Shown here piece by piece: positions 19,343 to 26,776 of a stretch of 64,000 nucleotides of DNA; positions within the stretch are counted from its first letter, which is position 1, and each line of letters opens with the position of its first letter. The DNA lies in the IMG/VR virus record IMGVR_UViG_3300046513_000343, positions 13,778-77,777 of that record; one strand, given 5' to 3'. The DNA is from a virus. The position numbers and the translations under genes are program-made. The notes under the pieces were generated by a model. The model made no database searches, had not been told where the DNA came from, and was given only the letters and a program-made list of their open reading frames with translations.

Positions 19343-19591
19343 TTAACGCTCCCAACCCTCGGGGCGGTTTAGGAAGCCACCACGTTCGAGCGGGTTGCCG
19401 ACATAGTTCTCGCCGTCGTCGGTGTTCTGCGGCAGGTAGTGCGGCACCTTCGCGGGGTCGGCCACCTTGGCGTAGCCCGCTTTCAAAGCCGTCAGCGACG
19501 GGTCGTTGCCGTCACCGGAACCGCCGCTGTAGCTGGTGTCGGACTCTTTGAGTGCAGCGCTGGTGTTCAGTTCGGCGTTCTCGATGGTCAT
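19343..19591 (-). CDS. Hypothetical protein, head region
   Basis: AAGGAGGT RBS; 82 aa. Confidence 0.7.
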   Translation of the reverse strand: MTIENAELNTSAALKESDTSYSGGSGDGNDPSLTALKAGYAKVADPAKVPHYLPQNTDDGENYVGNPLERGGFLNRPEGWER

Positions 19592-19648
19592 GGTGACCTC
19601 CTTGGGGGTGGGTTAGAATCGCGGCTCCCCCAACCACAGGAGAGCTGT

Positions 19649-20005
19649 ATGTCCTACTGCCGCTGGAGCAGCGACGACTGGCAATGCGATGTGTACGTGT
19701 ACGAGGGCTGCGGCTTTGTGACGCACGTCGCGCGCAGCCGGGTCCTCGGCGCGATCCCGCCGACCCCGCCTATGCGCAACGATCCGGCGTGGCCGCGTGA
19801 ATTCCTGCTGGCGCACCAGGCGCAGATGGCGTTTCTTGCGACCTGCGAGCGCACAATCATCACGCTGCCGCACGCCGGTGAGTCGTTTCACGATGACACA
19901 CCGGGCGCATGCGCCGACCGGCTGGAAATGCTGCGCGCGCTGGGCTACAACGTGCCGCAGTACGCGATTGACGAACTGCGCGCGGAAGCGCTAGACGATG
20001 ATTAG
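19649..20005 (+). CDS. Hypothetical moron gene (MSYCRWSSDDWQCDVYVY...) antisense to the head operon
   Basis: CAGGAGAG RBS; TAGAAT -10 at 19614; fills the gap. Confidence 0.7.
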   Translation: MSYCRWSSDDWQCDVYVYEGCGFVTHVARSRVLGAIPPTPPMRNDPAWPREFLLAHQAQMAFLATCERTIITLPHAGESFHDDTPGACADRLEMLRALGYNVPQYAIDELRAEALDDD

Positions 20006-20509
20006 CGCCTTGCCCGTTTCGCCCAGGATCAGCACCGGAAACGCGCTTTCATAGACCGCCTGGGTGCAGCCCTCGCAGTCATCGACGGCGAAGTCATCGA
20101 ACAGGATGAAGCCACCCTTGACCATCAGCGGCGGCAGGCGTTCAAGGATCGCCTTGGTGCTCTCGTACTGGTCGGCGTCGGCATGGACGAAGCCGATTGG
20201 CGGCATCGGCACCAGCGTATCGGGGAACAGCCCCTGGATGACGGTCGCGGCCGGGATCAAGGCCTGCACCGCCTCGGCGCTGGTGTCGCCGAACTTGCCG
20301 ACCGGGTTGCCGGTGTCGAGCTGGCCCTGATACGGGATGCCGGTGAAGGTGTCGTACAGGTACAAAGGGCGCCCCAGCTTGGCCAGGTGCCACGCCGAGC
20401 CGCCGCGATACACGCCCACTTCGACAATGGCTGCGGCCGGCGCGCGGCTGGCGTAGTACATCAAGCTGTTGATGGCCAGCTGCGACAGAGCGGTATAGGG
20501 AGCGTCCAT
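19991..20509 (-). CDS. TylF/MycF/NovP-family sugar O-methyltransferase
   Basis: IVEVGVYRGGS, LYDTFTG, GLFPDTL, FVHADADQYESTKAIL, GGFILFDD. Confidence 0.85.
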   Translation of the reverse strand: MDAPYTALSQLAINSLMYYASRAPAAAIVEVGVYRGGSAWHLAKLGRPLYLYDTFTGIPYQGQLDTGNPVGKFGDTSAEAVQALIPAATVIQGLFPDTLVPMPPIGFVHADADQYESTKAILERLPPLMVKGGFILFDDFAVDDCEGCTQAVYESAFPVLILGETGKALIIV

Positions 20510-20601
20510 AGGGTCCGTTTGATTTCACTGGAAATGCTTGTTTCAGCAAACGCTGAAACCCCTGCTTTTGGTGAAACTGGCAAGGGTTGAAATTGGGGTA
20601 A

Positions 20602-20626
20602 GAAAAAAGACCCGCCGAAGCGGGCC
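20602..20626 (-). terminator. Intrinsic terminator after the capsid gene
   Basis: GGCCCGC-TTCG-GCGGGTC-TTTTTT. Confidence 0.8.
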
Positions 20627-20681
20627 TTTCGGGGTAGTCCGAACCCTGGTACGGATTATAGGATGGTTGTCAAAAAGACAA

Positions 20682-22125
20682 CTATGCGGCAGAATCCCAG
20701 CGAATGATGCGCGATTGCGCAGCGGCGGTCTGAACCAGGCCGAAACCGCCCATGTAGTACCAGGCCACACCACGCTGGCGACCGTAATCGCCAGGGATCA
20801 TGCCGCGCATTTCCTCGGGGATCACGATGCCCTCGGCGACGGTGTCGTTGCCGAAGAAGTAGGCCCAGTTCGACAGGCCGTTGGTGAACGCGGCCTTGGC
20901 GATGTTGGTCTGCTCGACGAAGCGCACCGACTCGTAGCGGCCGATCTCGCCGTTCAAGATCATCTGGAAACCGGCGTCCACGTACTGGTGGACAGCTTCC
21001 AGGTCGTTCTTCAACTGGCGGAACGTGGTCGGGTGGGCCAGGCTGATGTAGTCATCCTGGATATAGGGCGGGACGTTGCGCTCTTTCATCACGTCCACGA
21101 TGGCCTTCACGTGATTTTTGCCCAAACTCACATTATTCGTCGCCGTCGCAGTGCCGTTGGTGGTCAACGTCACGGCGGAAGTCGAGGTGCCGCCGGTCGG
21201 CACCACGCGCAGCGGGGTCAGGCGGAACTGCGCCTCGGCCATGATGTCGAAGGCCTTCTTGGCGTCGTTCTTCAAGACCTTGCTGATGATCTCCTTGACC
21301 GGCTGTTCCGAGAGGTCGTCCAGCTTGGAGCTGTACGGCACGCTGTTGCCGGCCTCGGTGATGGTCATGGTGCCCTGGGTAATTACGAAGTTCGTGGTTG
21401 GCATCGCGGTGCCTTCCGTGAGCGTCGTTCCTTGGGTCGCTACATCGCTGTAAACGTTCCACACACTGTTACTTGATAACCTGTCGCTGCATTGACAGGC
21501 GGGTGGTCATTTCTGCCACCTCACGGCGTTCATTGGGTTATATGCCGTGGTCGGACTATCGCATCCCCGTTGCCGGGGCCAACTCGCTTAGTCTCTCAGG
21601 CTGCACAGCCTTGCGGCTTGCTTGCCCCTTCTTTCCCGCTGCCGGGGGTTGAAGTCAATCAGAGTCGGTTTTAATTCCACCAGGTCGTTAATGGAATGCG
21701 TCACCCATGCCTTTACCCTGGACAGCTGCGTCCTTGATATCAGCAAATTGACGGAATTTTGTGAGTGGCTGGACGGCCATACGCAAAACTTTTGAGAGGT
21801 TGGGGGACCACATGTATCCCATTTTGTTCAGCAGAGATCGCTACACGCTGCTCGCCGGTTCCCACTCCGGCTGCTTGCCATTTCTGGCAAGATCAGACTA
21901 TTTCATCGTCCCTTGGGACGTTGCGCACTTCGGGGCGCTTGCCCCTACTCCCACCTACGGGATAGTCGTTGAACCTTCCGGCTTGCGCCGGCTTGGCTGC
22001 AGATTGTCTGCGCCTTAACGCGGTCAGAGTTCCCTGCAATTCACGCAATTATCAGTCGCCGATTACTCGGTGACGGGGCAGTGTTATTTACCCAGGCTGT
22101 TGGTGAGCCAGACTTGACCTGCCAT
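20682..22125 (-). CDS. Major capsid protein (N4-gp56-like); three exons 22125-22090, 21819-21691, 21461-20682; 314 aa when spliced
   Basis: AGGAG RBS and ATG 22125. Spliced reading MAGQVWLTNSLG|GYMWSPNLSKVLRMAVQPLTKFRQFADIKDAAVQGKGMGDAFH|WNVYSDVATQGTTLTEG..GEIGRYESVRFVEQ..DYGRQRGVAWY; follows the scaffold gene. Confidence 0.9.
21462..21690 (-). ncRNA. Group I intron 2 in the capsid gene (229 nt, no ORF)
   Basis: 5' exon ends UUCCAU, pairing with intron GUGGAA (P1 with U.G); CTGAGAGACTAAGCGAG and GCGATAGTCCGA (P7); ends in G before TGG. Confidence 0.9.
21820..22089 (-). ncRNA. Group I intron 1 in the capsid gene (270 nt, no ORF)
   Basis: 5' exon ends in U (GGU) and intron ends in G; P1 GGGU|A pairs with UGCCC (U.G at the splice site); core AATTGCAGGGAA, AATCTGCAGCCAAG, GGTTCAACGACTA, AAATAGTCTG (P7 GACUA/UAGUC). 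Confidence 0.9.
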
Positions 22126-22160
22126 GATATGTACTCCTAAAAGAGAAAGATGGACTCCAC

Positions 22161-23222
22161 CTATCCCCCGGCGCGCGCCGCCTTCATCGCCGCGATCACA
22201 TCGCTGGGATTTTCGGGCTGCTGCTCGGTGGTGGTGGTTTTGGTGTTGACCGAGGCGACGTTGTCGATCGATCGTTTTTGCTCCAGCTTTGCCGTTCGTG
22301 CGGAGGACGTGGTTGGGGCAGGTTCGGCGGGACGGCCCGCTGCGGTACTCGCGGCCCAGCCGAATTTGTTGGCCATGTCCTTGCTGACGGTATCCAGTGC
22401 AGTGAAGAAGTCACTGCCGTTCTGCTCGCGCAGGCGGTGGATTTTGGTCAGGGCCAGGGCCTCCATATCGGGGTCGCTGTACAGCTCGGGATAGTCGCGC
22501 TGGTTCTGCGCTAATGCACTCTCGACTGCGAACTTCTGCTGCACTTGCTGCGTGACGGCGTTGGCGATCTGGTCAATGTCGAGGGTGGGCGCAGCCGCCG
22601 TGGCGGGTTGCTGCCGTCCTCCAATGACCTTCTGCAGCGCGGTCAGCGCGTTTTCCTCGTCGCCCTCAAACAGGGCCTTGAGAAATTCCTTGCCTGACTC
22701 GTCCACCGGCGGGGTGTCGGTCGTGGCGGGGTTCGGGGTGGCGGTGGTTGCCGCCTGCTGGGCGCGCAGCTGGGCTTCCTGCTGTTCCAGCAACAGGCGC
22801 TGGGCCTGCGCTTCCTGGGCTTCGCGCAACAGGCGCGTGGCCTCGTTCAGGCGCTTGTCGGCGCTGCTGTTCTTCTGGTACTGGCGCACCACTTCATCGA
22901 GCGGCACATCGGTCTCGACGCCGTCGACCTTGACGCGCACCGTGGCCGGCGCCTCGGTCACGGCGGCGGGCGGGTCTGCCAGCTGCGCGGCCAGTTGCTC
23001 GGCCGGCGCCGGTGCTGGTTCAGGCTCGGCGGGTTCATCGACCGGCAGTTCGTAGCCGTTCGATTCGGCCATCTGCTGCTGGTGGCGGGTTTCCAGCGCT
23101 TCCATGGCCAGCTCGCGGGGCGACTTCGGGACTTCTGCTGCTTCGGTGGTGGTGGGCGTTGCCGGGGTGGCTGGGGTAGCGGGTGCGGCGGTGTCTTGCA
23201 CGTCCGTTGGGATAGCGCTCAT
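22161..23222 (-). CDS. Capsid scaffolding protein
   Basis: AGGAG RBS before MSAIPTD; VKVDGVETDVPLDEVVRQYQKNSSADKRL motif; coiled-coil; directly upstream of the capsid gene. Confidence 0.8.
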   Translation of the reverse strand: MSAIPTDVQDTAAPATPATPATPTTTEAAEVPKSPRELAMEALETRHQQQMAESNGYELPVDEPAEPEPAPAPAEQLAAQLADPPAAVTEAPATVRVKVDGVETDVPLDEVVRQYQKNSSADKRLNEATRLLREAQEAQAQRLLLEQQEAQLRAQQAATTATPNPATTDTPPVDESGKEFLKALFEGDEENALTALQKVIGGRQQPATAAAPTLDIDQIANAVTQQVQQKFAVESALAQNQRDYPELYSDPDMEALALTKIHRLREQNGSDFFTALDTVSKDMANKFGWAASTAAGRPAEPAPTTSSARTAKLEQKRSIDNVASVNTKTTTTEQQPENPSDVIAAMKAARAGG

Positions 23223-23240
23223 GTACGGCTCCTGAAATGC

Positions 23241-23272
23241 AAAAGCCCGCATGGCCAGAGCGGCGTGCGGGC
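23241..23272 (-). terminator. Possible terminator after the secreted-protein pair
   Basis: GCCCGCAC..ATGCGGGC-TTTTG. Confidence 0.45.
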
Positions 23273-23313
23273 AAATGTTGAAAAGCAGCGCCGCGTATGG
23301 CAGCGCTGCGGTT

Positions 23314-23796
23314 TTACTGCGGCGTGACTGGCTCGTCCAGGCAGGGCGCGCCGACCTTGCGGTAGGCGGCGCGCACGGCCTTGTTCTCGCACAGCACCTG
23401 CTTGGCCGCCGCCGTGTCGCCCAGCGAGCGCAGTTCGCGCGCGTTGAGGCGGTTGACGCATTCGACATCGTTCCAGGTGCCGCCCAGCGAGACGCCGAAG
23501 GCGATGCCCGACAGGCCGGCGCTGGTCGAGCCCATGCAGGTTTCCGACAGCGTGGTGGTCAGGGAGGGCGGCGCGATGCCCGGCGCCGAGCGCACCGTCA
23601 GCTTGTCTGGCGTGGGCGCGGCGTTGTAAATCGAGGTTTGCGCGTTACCGGCGTTGGTGGCGGTGCCGGACACCGAGCCGTTGCTGCTGGCGGTGCTGCC
23701 GGACGCACTCGTGTTGCCCGACGACTGCGCACTGGCGCTGCCGCACAGCAGCAGGCCCGCCAGACCAAGGTACAACCAGGACAGCGGGCGCGTCAT
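23314..23796 (-). CDS. Secreted protein: signal peptide, Ser/Gly-rich linker, 4-Cys C-terminal domain
   Basis: LLLCGSASA|Q signal; TCMGSTSAG..DVEC..VLC..GAPC. Confidence 0.7.
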   Translation of the reverse strand: MTRPLSWLYLGLAGLLLCGSASAQSSGNTSASGSTASSNGSVSGTATNAGNAQTSIYNAAPTPDKLTVRSAPGIAPPSLTTTLSETCMGSTSAGLSGIAFGVSLGGTWNDVECVNRLNARELRSLGDTAAAKQVLCENKAVRAAYRKVGAPCLDEPVTPQ

Positions 23797-24239
23797 TACG
23801 GGTGCCCTGCGTGACCGGCGGTGCCGGCGAACACGCCGCCCGCCTGCGCCCCGGCGCCACCGGCAGCCGCGCCTTGCGCCGAATTCGAGAACGAGGCGCC
23901 CGCCTGGCCGCTCAGGGCGACGTTGCCGGCCGCGCCCGAGCTGCCGGTGGAGGTGGTGCCGGCGCTGGCGTGGGTGACGGTGCCGCCGCCGGTGGGGCCG
24001 CTGCCCGCGACCGCGCCAGCCGAGGCGCCCGAGGTGTTGCCGGCGATGACGCCGTTCGACTGCGTGGTGCTGGCCGCGCCGTTGCCGTACACGCTGGTGC
24101 CGACCGCGATGCTGGAGGTGCCGCTGGCCGCCGAATGGGCGTTGCCGCTGACCGACGACGCGCTCGACTGGTTCGGGTGGCCGGCAAAGGCGGCGCCGCA
24201 GCAGGCGCTCAGGAGGGTGATCAGGCAGAAGTTTTTCAT
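23796..24239 (-). CDS. Secreted Gly/Ala/Ser-rich low-complexity protein
   Basis: AAAGGA RBS; MKNFCLITLLSACCGAAFA signal peptide. Confidence 0.7.
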   Translation of the reverse strand: MKNFCLITLLSACCGAAFAGHPNQSSASSVSGNAHSAASGTSSIAVGTSVYGNGAASTTQSNGVIAGNTSGASAGAVAGSGPTGGGTVTHASAGTTSTGSSGAAGNVALSGQAGASFSNSAQGAAAGGAGAQAGGVFAGTAGHAGHP

Positions 24240-24330
24240 GGTGTCCTTTAAGGATGGGAAGGTGGTGTTACGGGTGACAAGCACAACGGCACAACAGGGG
24301 CTGGCGCCCCGACAAACATAATCAGGATGG

Positions 24331-24552
24331 CTAGTCGCCGTGGGTGGCTTGGCCTTTGACCAGGTAGCGCTGGCCGCAGTGCAGGCATTGTTCGCGGCGC
24401 TGGCTGTCGGCGTGGCGTTCCATCGGCCAGGTGCGGCTCTGGCAATGCAGGCAGTTTTTCAGTTTGCGCCAGCTGACCTTTTGCTCTGGTTCGCCGACGC
24501 GGGCATCGCGTGCCTGTTGCAGCAGGTCCAGCGGCAGGTCGTCGGTCAGCAT
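24331..24552 (-). CDS. Small zinc-ribbon protein
   Basis: Two CLHC motifs; start overlaps the end of the MTase gene. Confidence 0.55.
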   Translation of the reverse strand: MLTDDLPLDLLQQARDARVGEPEQKVSWRKLKNCLHCQSRTWPMERHADSQRREQCLHCGQRYLVKGQATHGD

Positions 24553-25835
24553 GGCGTGTCCTCGAACAGGTCGGGCTGCAAGCTCGCGCCTTGCGGGGAA
24601 GACGCGCAATCCGCCGCGGCCGTGCGCTGCGCGTGCAGGATGCGCGCCTCGGCAATCGGCAGGTACTCCGGGGTCAGTTCGATGCCGATGAAGTCGAAGC
24701 CTTCCAGCATGCAGGCCTTGCCGGTGGAGCCGCTGCCCATGAACGGGTCCAGCACCACGCCGCCCGGTGGCGTCACCAGCCGCACCAGGTAACGCATCAG
24801 CTCGGTGGGCTTGACGGTCGGGTGAAAGTTGCCGCGTGCGCTGTTGGTGCGTGTTCCCTGGCTGCGCCCTGCGCGCTGGTCCACCGAGGTCTTGATGCCA
24901 TTGAGCGGTTCGACGGTGTGCAGTGCGAAGCCCTCCAGCCCCTCGTTGCGGTCGCGCTGGGACACCTTGGCGCTGTAGAAGAAGCGCGCCGCGCTGCCGG
25001 TGTCAAAGTGACGTTCAGGAACGTCCTGCTGGCCGATATGGCCACTGGTGCTGATGCCACCGGCACCGCGCGCGGCCGGGGTATGGCCGACCGAGCTGGT
25101 GGTCGGGAAAGCGGCGATCACCTCGTCGCTGCCGTCGTGGATCAGGTTGGCGGGCCAGCGGCCAGGTGCGCCGCTCGGTGTCGTTTCGCCCATCTGGTAC
25201 GTGCCGGGGCGGTATCCCGCTTCGGCCAGTGCGGCGTTGCGGCGGTCAACACCGCTTGGCGTCGTGTTCACGAAATCGCCAACCCGGCAACCGTCGATAT
25301 TCAGTGCCCCGGTGCCGAACTGCAGCACGTTGGAGGCCACGGTGCCGATTAGGGGCTTGCGCGCCACGCAGATAGGCTCGTGCGCAGGTTTCAGCGCGGT
25401 GCCCCAGCCGGCGTGATCGCCGTCCAGGTTGAGCGATTTCGGGAATCCGCTGCCATACACCCACATGATCTGGTCGCGTATTTCAGCCCCGGCGTCCTCA
25501 ATGGCGCACGCCATGCGGTGATAGGTGCGGCTGCCCGAGAACGCCAGCAGATGCCCGCCAGGTTTAAGCACGCGCATCGCTTCGGTCCACAGCTCCACGC
25601 TTTGCGCGATGTCGCCGCCGTCCCATTTCATGCCCATGAACCCTGCCGAATTTAAGTGGCTGACCTTGCTGTATGGACTGGTAGTGCTTTTGCTCTCGCT
25701 CGCCTTGCCGCTGCCGCCCTTCTTGCCGGTCGTCAGGTGGTACGGCGGGTCGGTGACGATGGCGTCCACCGAGTTGTCGGGCATGCCGCGCATCACGGCG
25801 AGGCAGTCGCCCAGGTGCAGGGTAAAGTCGCTCAT
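24546..25835 (-). CDS. Orphan N4/N6 DNA methyltransferase (beta-type motif order)
   Basis: DAIVTDPPY precedes HPTVKP..VLDPFMGSGSTG. Confidence 0.9.
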   Translation of the reverse strand: MSDFTLHLGDCLAVMRGMPDNSVDAIVTDPPYHLTTGKKGGSGKASESKSTTSPYSKVSHLNSAGFMGMKWDGGDIAQSVELWTEAMRVLKPGGHLLAFSGSRTYHRMACAIEDAGAEIRDQIMWVYGSGFPKSLNLDGDHAGWGTALKPAHEPICVARKPLIGTVASNVLQFGTGALNIDGCRVGDFVNTTPSGVDRRNAALAEAGYRPGTYQMGETTPSGAPGRWPANLIHDGSDEVIAAFPTTSSVGHTPAARGAGGISTSGHIGQQDVPERHFDTGSAARFFYSAKVSQRDRNEGLEGFALHTVEPLNGIKTSVDQRAGRSQGTRTNSARGNFHPTVKPTELMRYLVRLVTPPGGVVLDPFMGSGSTGKACMLEGFDFIGIELTPEYLPIAEARILHAQRTAAADCASSPQGASLQPDLFEDTPC

Positions 25836-26206
25836 GTCGAGAATCCGAACATGTCGCGTTGCGGCGGCTCCGGGGGCTGCGTGCCGACGGCTGCGAGGAA
25901 TTCCTTCCAGTCGTCGCGGCGGTATTCCCACAGCAGCGCGTGTTGAGGGTGCAGGATTGCAAAGACGCGGGCCAAATCGGGCGCACGATGGTCGTTGATT
26001 TTCAAGGTGCCGTCGCTATCGCGCAAGCGGGAGAAGTGGCGCATGTCCTCAACAATGGTACGTGCCGAGAAGTGCTGTCTGCCGCGTTCAAGCATGACCA
26101 GCGCATGGCGCTCAAAGTCGTCGTAGATCGTCGGGTTATCGGCCAGCCACGCCAAGAATCCTGGCGCGAAGAATTGCCTGTAGCTTGCCAAGCGTCGCAC
26201 ATTCAT
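25832..26206 (-). CDS. Hypothetical phage protein
   Basis: ATGA overlaps; WLADNPTIYDDFERHAL..HFSARTIVE..KINDH. Confidence 0.65.
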   Translation of the reverse strand: MNVRRLASYRQFFAPGFLAWLADNPTIYDDFERHALVMLERGRQHFSARTIVEDMRHFSRLRDSDGTLKINDHRAPDLARVFAILHPQHALLWEYRRDDWKEFLAAVGTQPPEPPQRDMFGFST

Positions 26207-26481
26207 TCGTCGCGCACCAGCACGTTGACGAACAGCGGCGTCTTCTCGCCCACATACGCGCCCGAGGTGTTGAACTCGAACCATTCGACTGCCTCGTCGT
26301 GATCCCACTCGTTGTCCTCGGCCAGCGCAGCGATGCACTTGGCCGAGTCGTACACCGCCACCCCGGCGTGATGGCAGCCCTCGCTGATGCCAATCAAGGC
26401 GCGGTCGTAGGTCGCGCGCGGCTCCAGCAGCAGTGCTTCGGCATCCTCCAGCAGCTCCATCAGCACGTCGAGGTCAATCAT
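26203..26481 (-). CDS. Hypothetical phage protein
   Basis: AVYDSAKCI..EAVEWFEFNTSGAYVGEKTP motif, common in phages. Confidence 0.7.
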   Translation of the reverse strand: MIDLDVLMELLEDAEALLLEPRATYDRALIGISEGCHHAGVAVYDSAKCIAALAEDNEWDHDEAVEWFEFNTSGAYVGEKTPLFVNVLVRDE

Positions 26482-26776
26482 TCGCGTTCTCCCTTGGGTC
26501 GAGTTGAGCCTGGGTGTTGATCCCGGCCTGGATCGCGTCGTGCAGCCAGAACAGCAGCGAGTCGGCGCGTTTGATGGTCGATTGCAGCGCGCGGATGGCC
26601 TCCGGGTCGGCCGGTGAGGCGTCCACCAGATCGGCCAGCGCATCGGTGCGTTCTTCCTCGGCCTTGCGCAGCAGGTATTGCCCCACCGGCGACTTGAGGA
26701 ACAGTTCCGCGTCCAGGCCCAGCTCGACGGTGGCGTACATGTCGCGCAGCTCGCTTTGCTCGAACTGGCCGCTCAC
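26474..26776 (-). CDS. Small post-portal head protein
   Basis: 100 aa; coupled to the portal stop; AELFLKSPVGQYL. Confidence 0.65.
   Translation of the reverse strand: MSGQFEQSELRDMYATVELGLDAELFLKSPVGQYLLRKAEEERTDALADLVDASPADPEAIRALQSTIKRADSLLFWLHDAIQAGINTQAQLDPRENAND

Noticed and set aside
20682-21464. 260-aa ORF with a GTG start taken as the complete capsid gene, or the capsid gene called a pseudogene
   Set aside because: The GTG is the last three intron nucleotides and has no RBS. The upstream exons and intact intron cores restore a full protein.
21492-22018. Small plus-strand ORFs (60-85 aa) in the capsid gap as intron-encoded endonucleases
   Set aside because: They are antisense to the introns and have no HNH, GIY-YIG or LAGLIDADG motifs.
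24546-25835. Methyltransferase as part of a restriction-modification system
   Set aside because: No adjacent restriction endonuclease recognised; orphan MTases are ordinary in phages.
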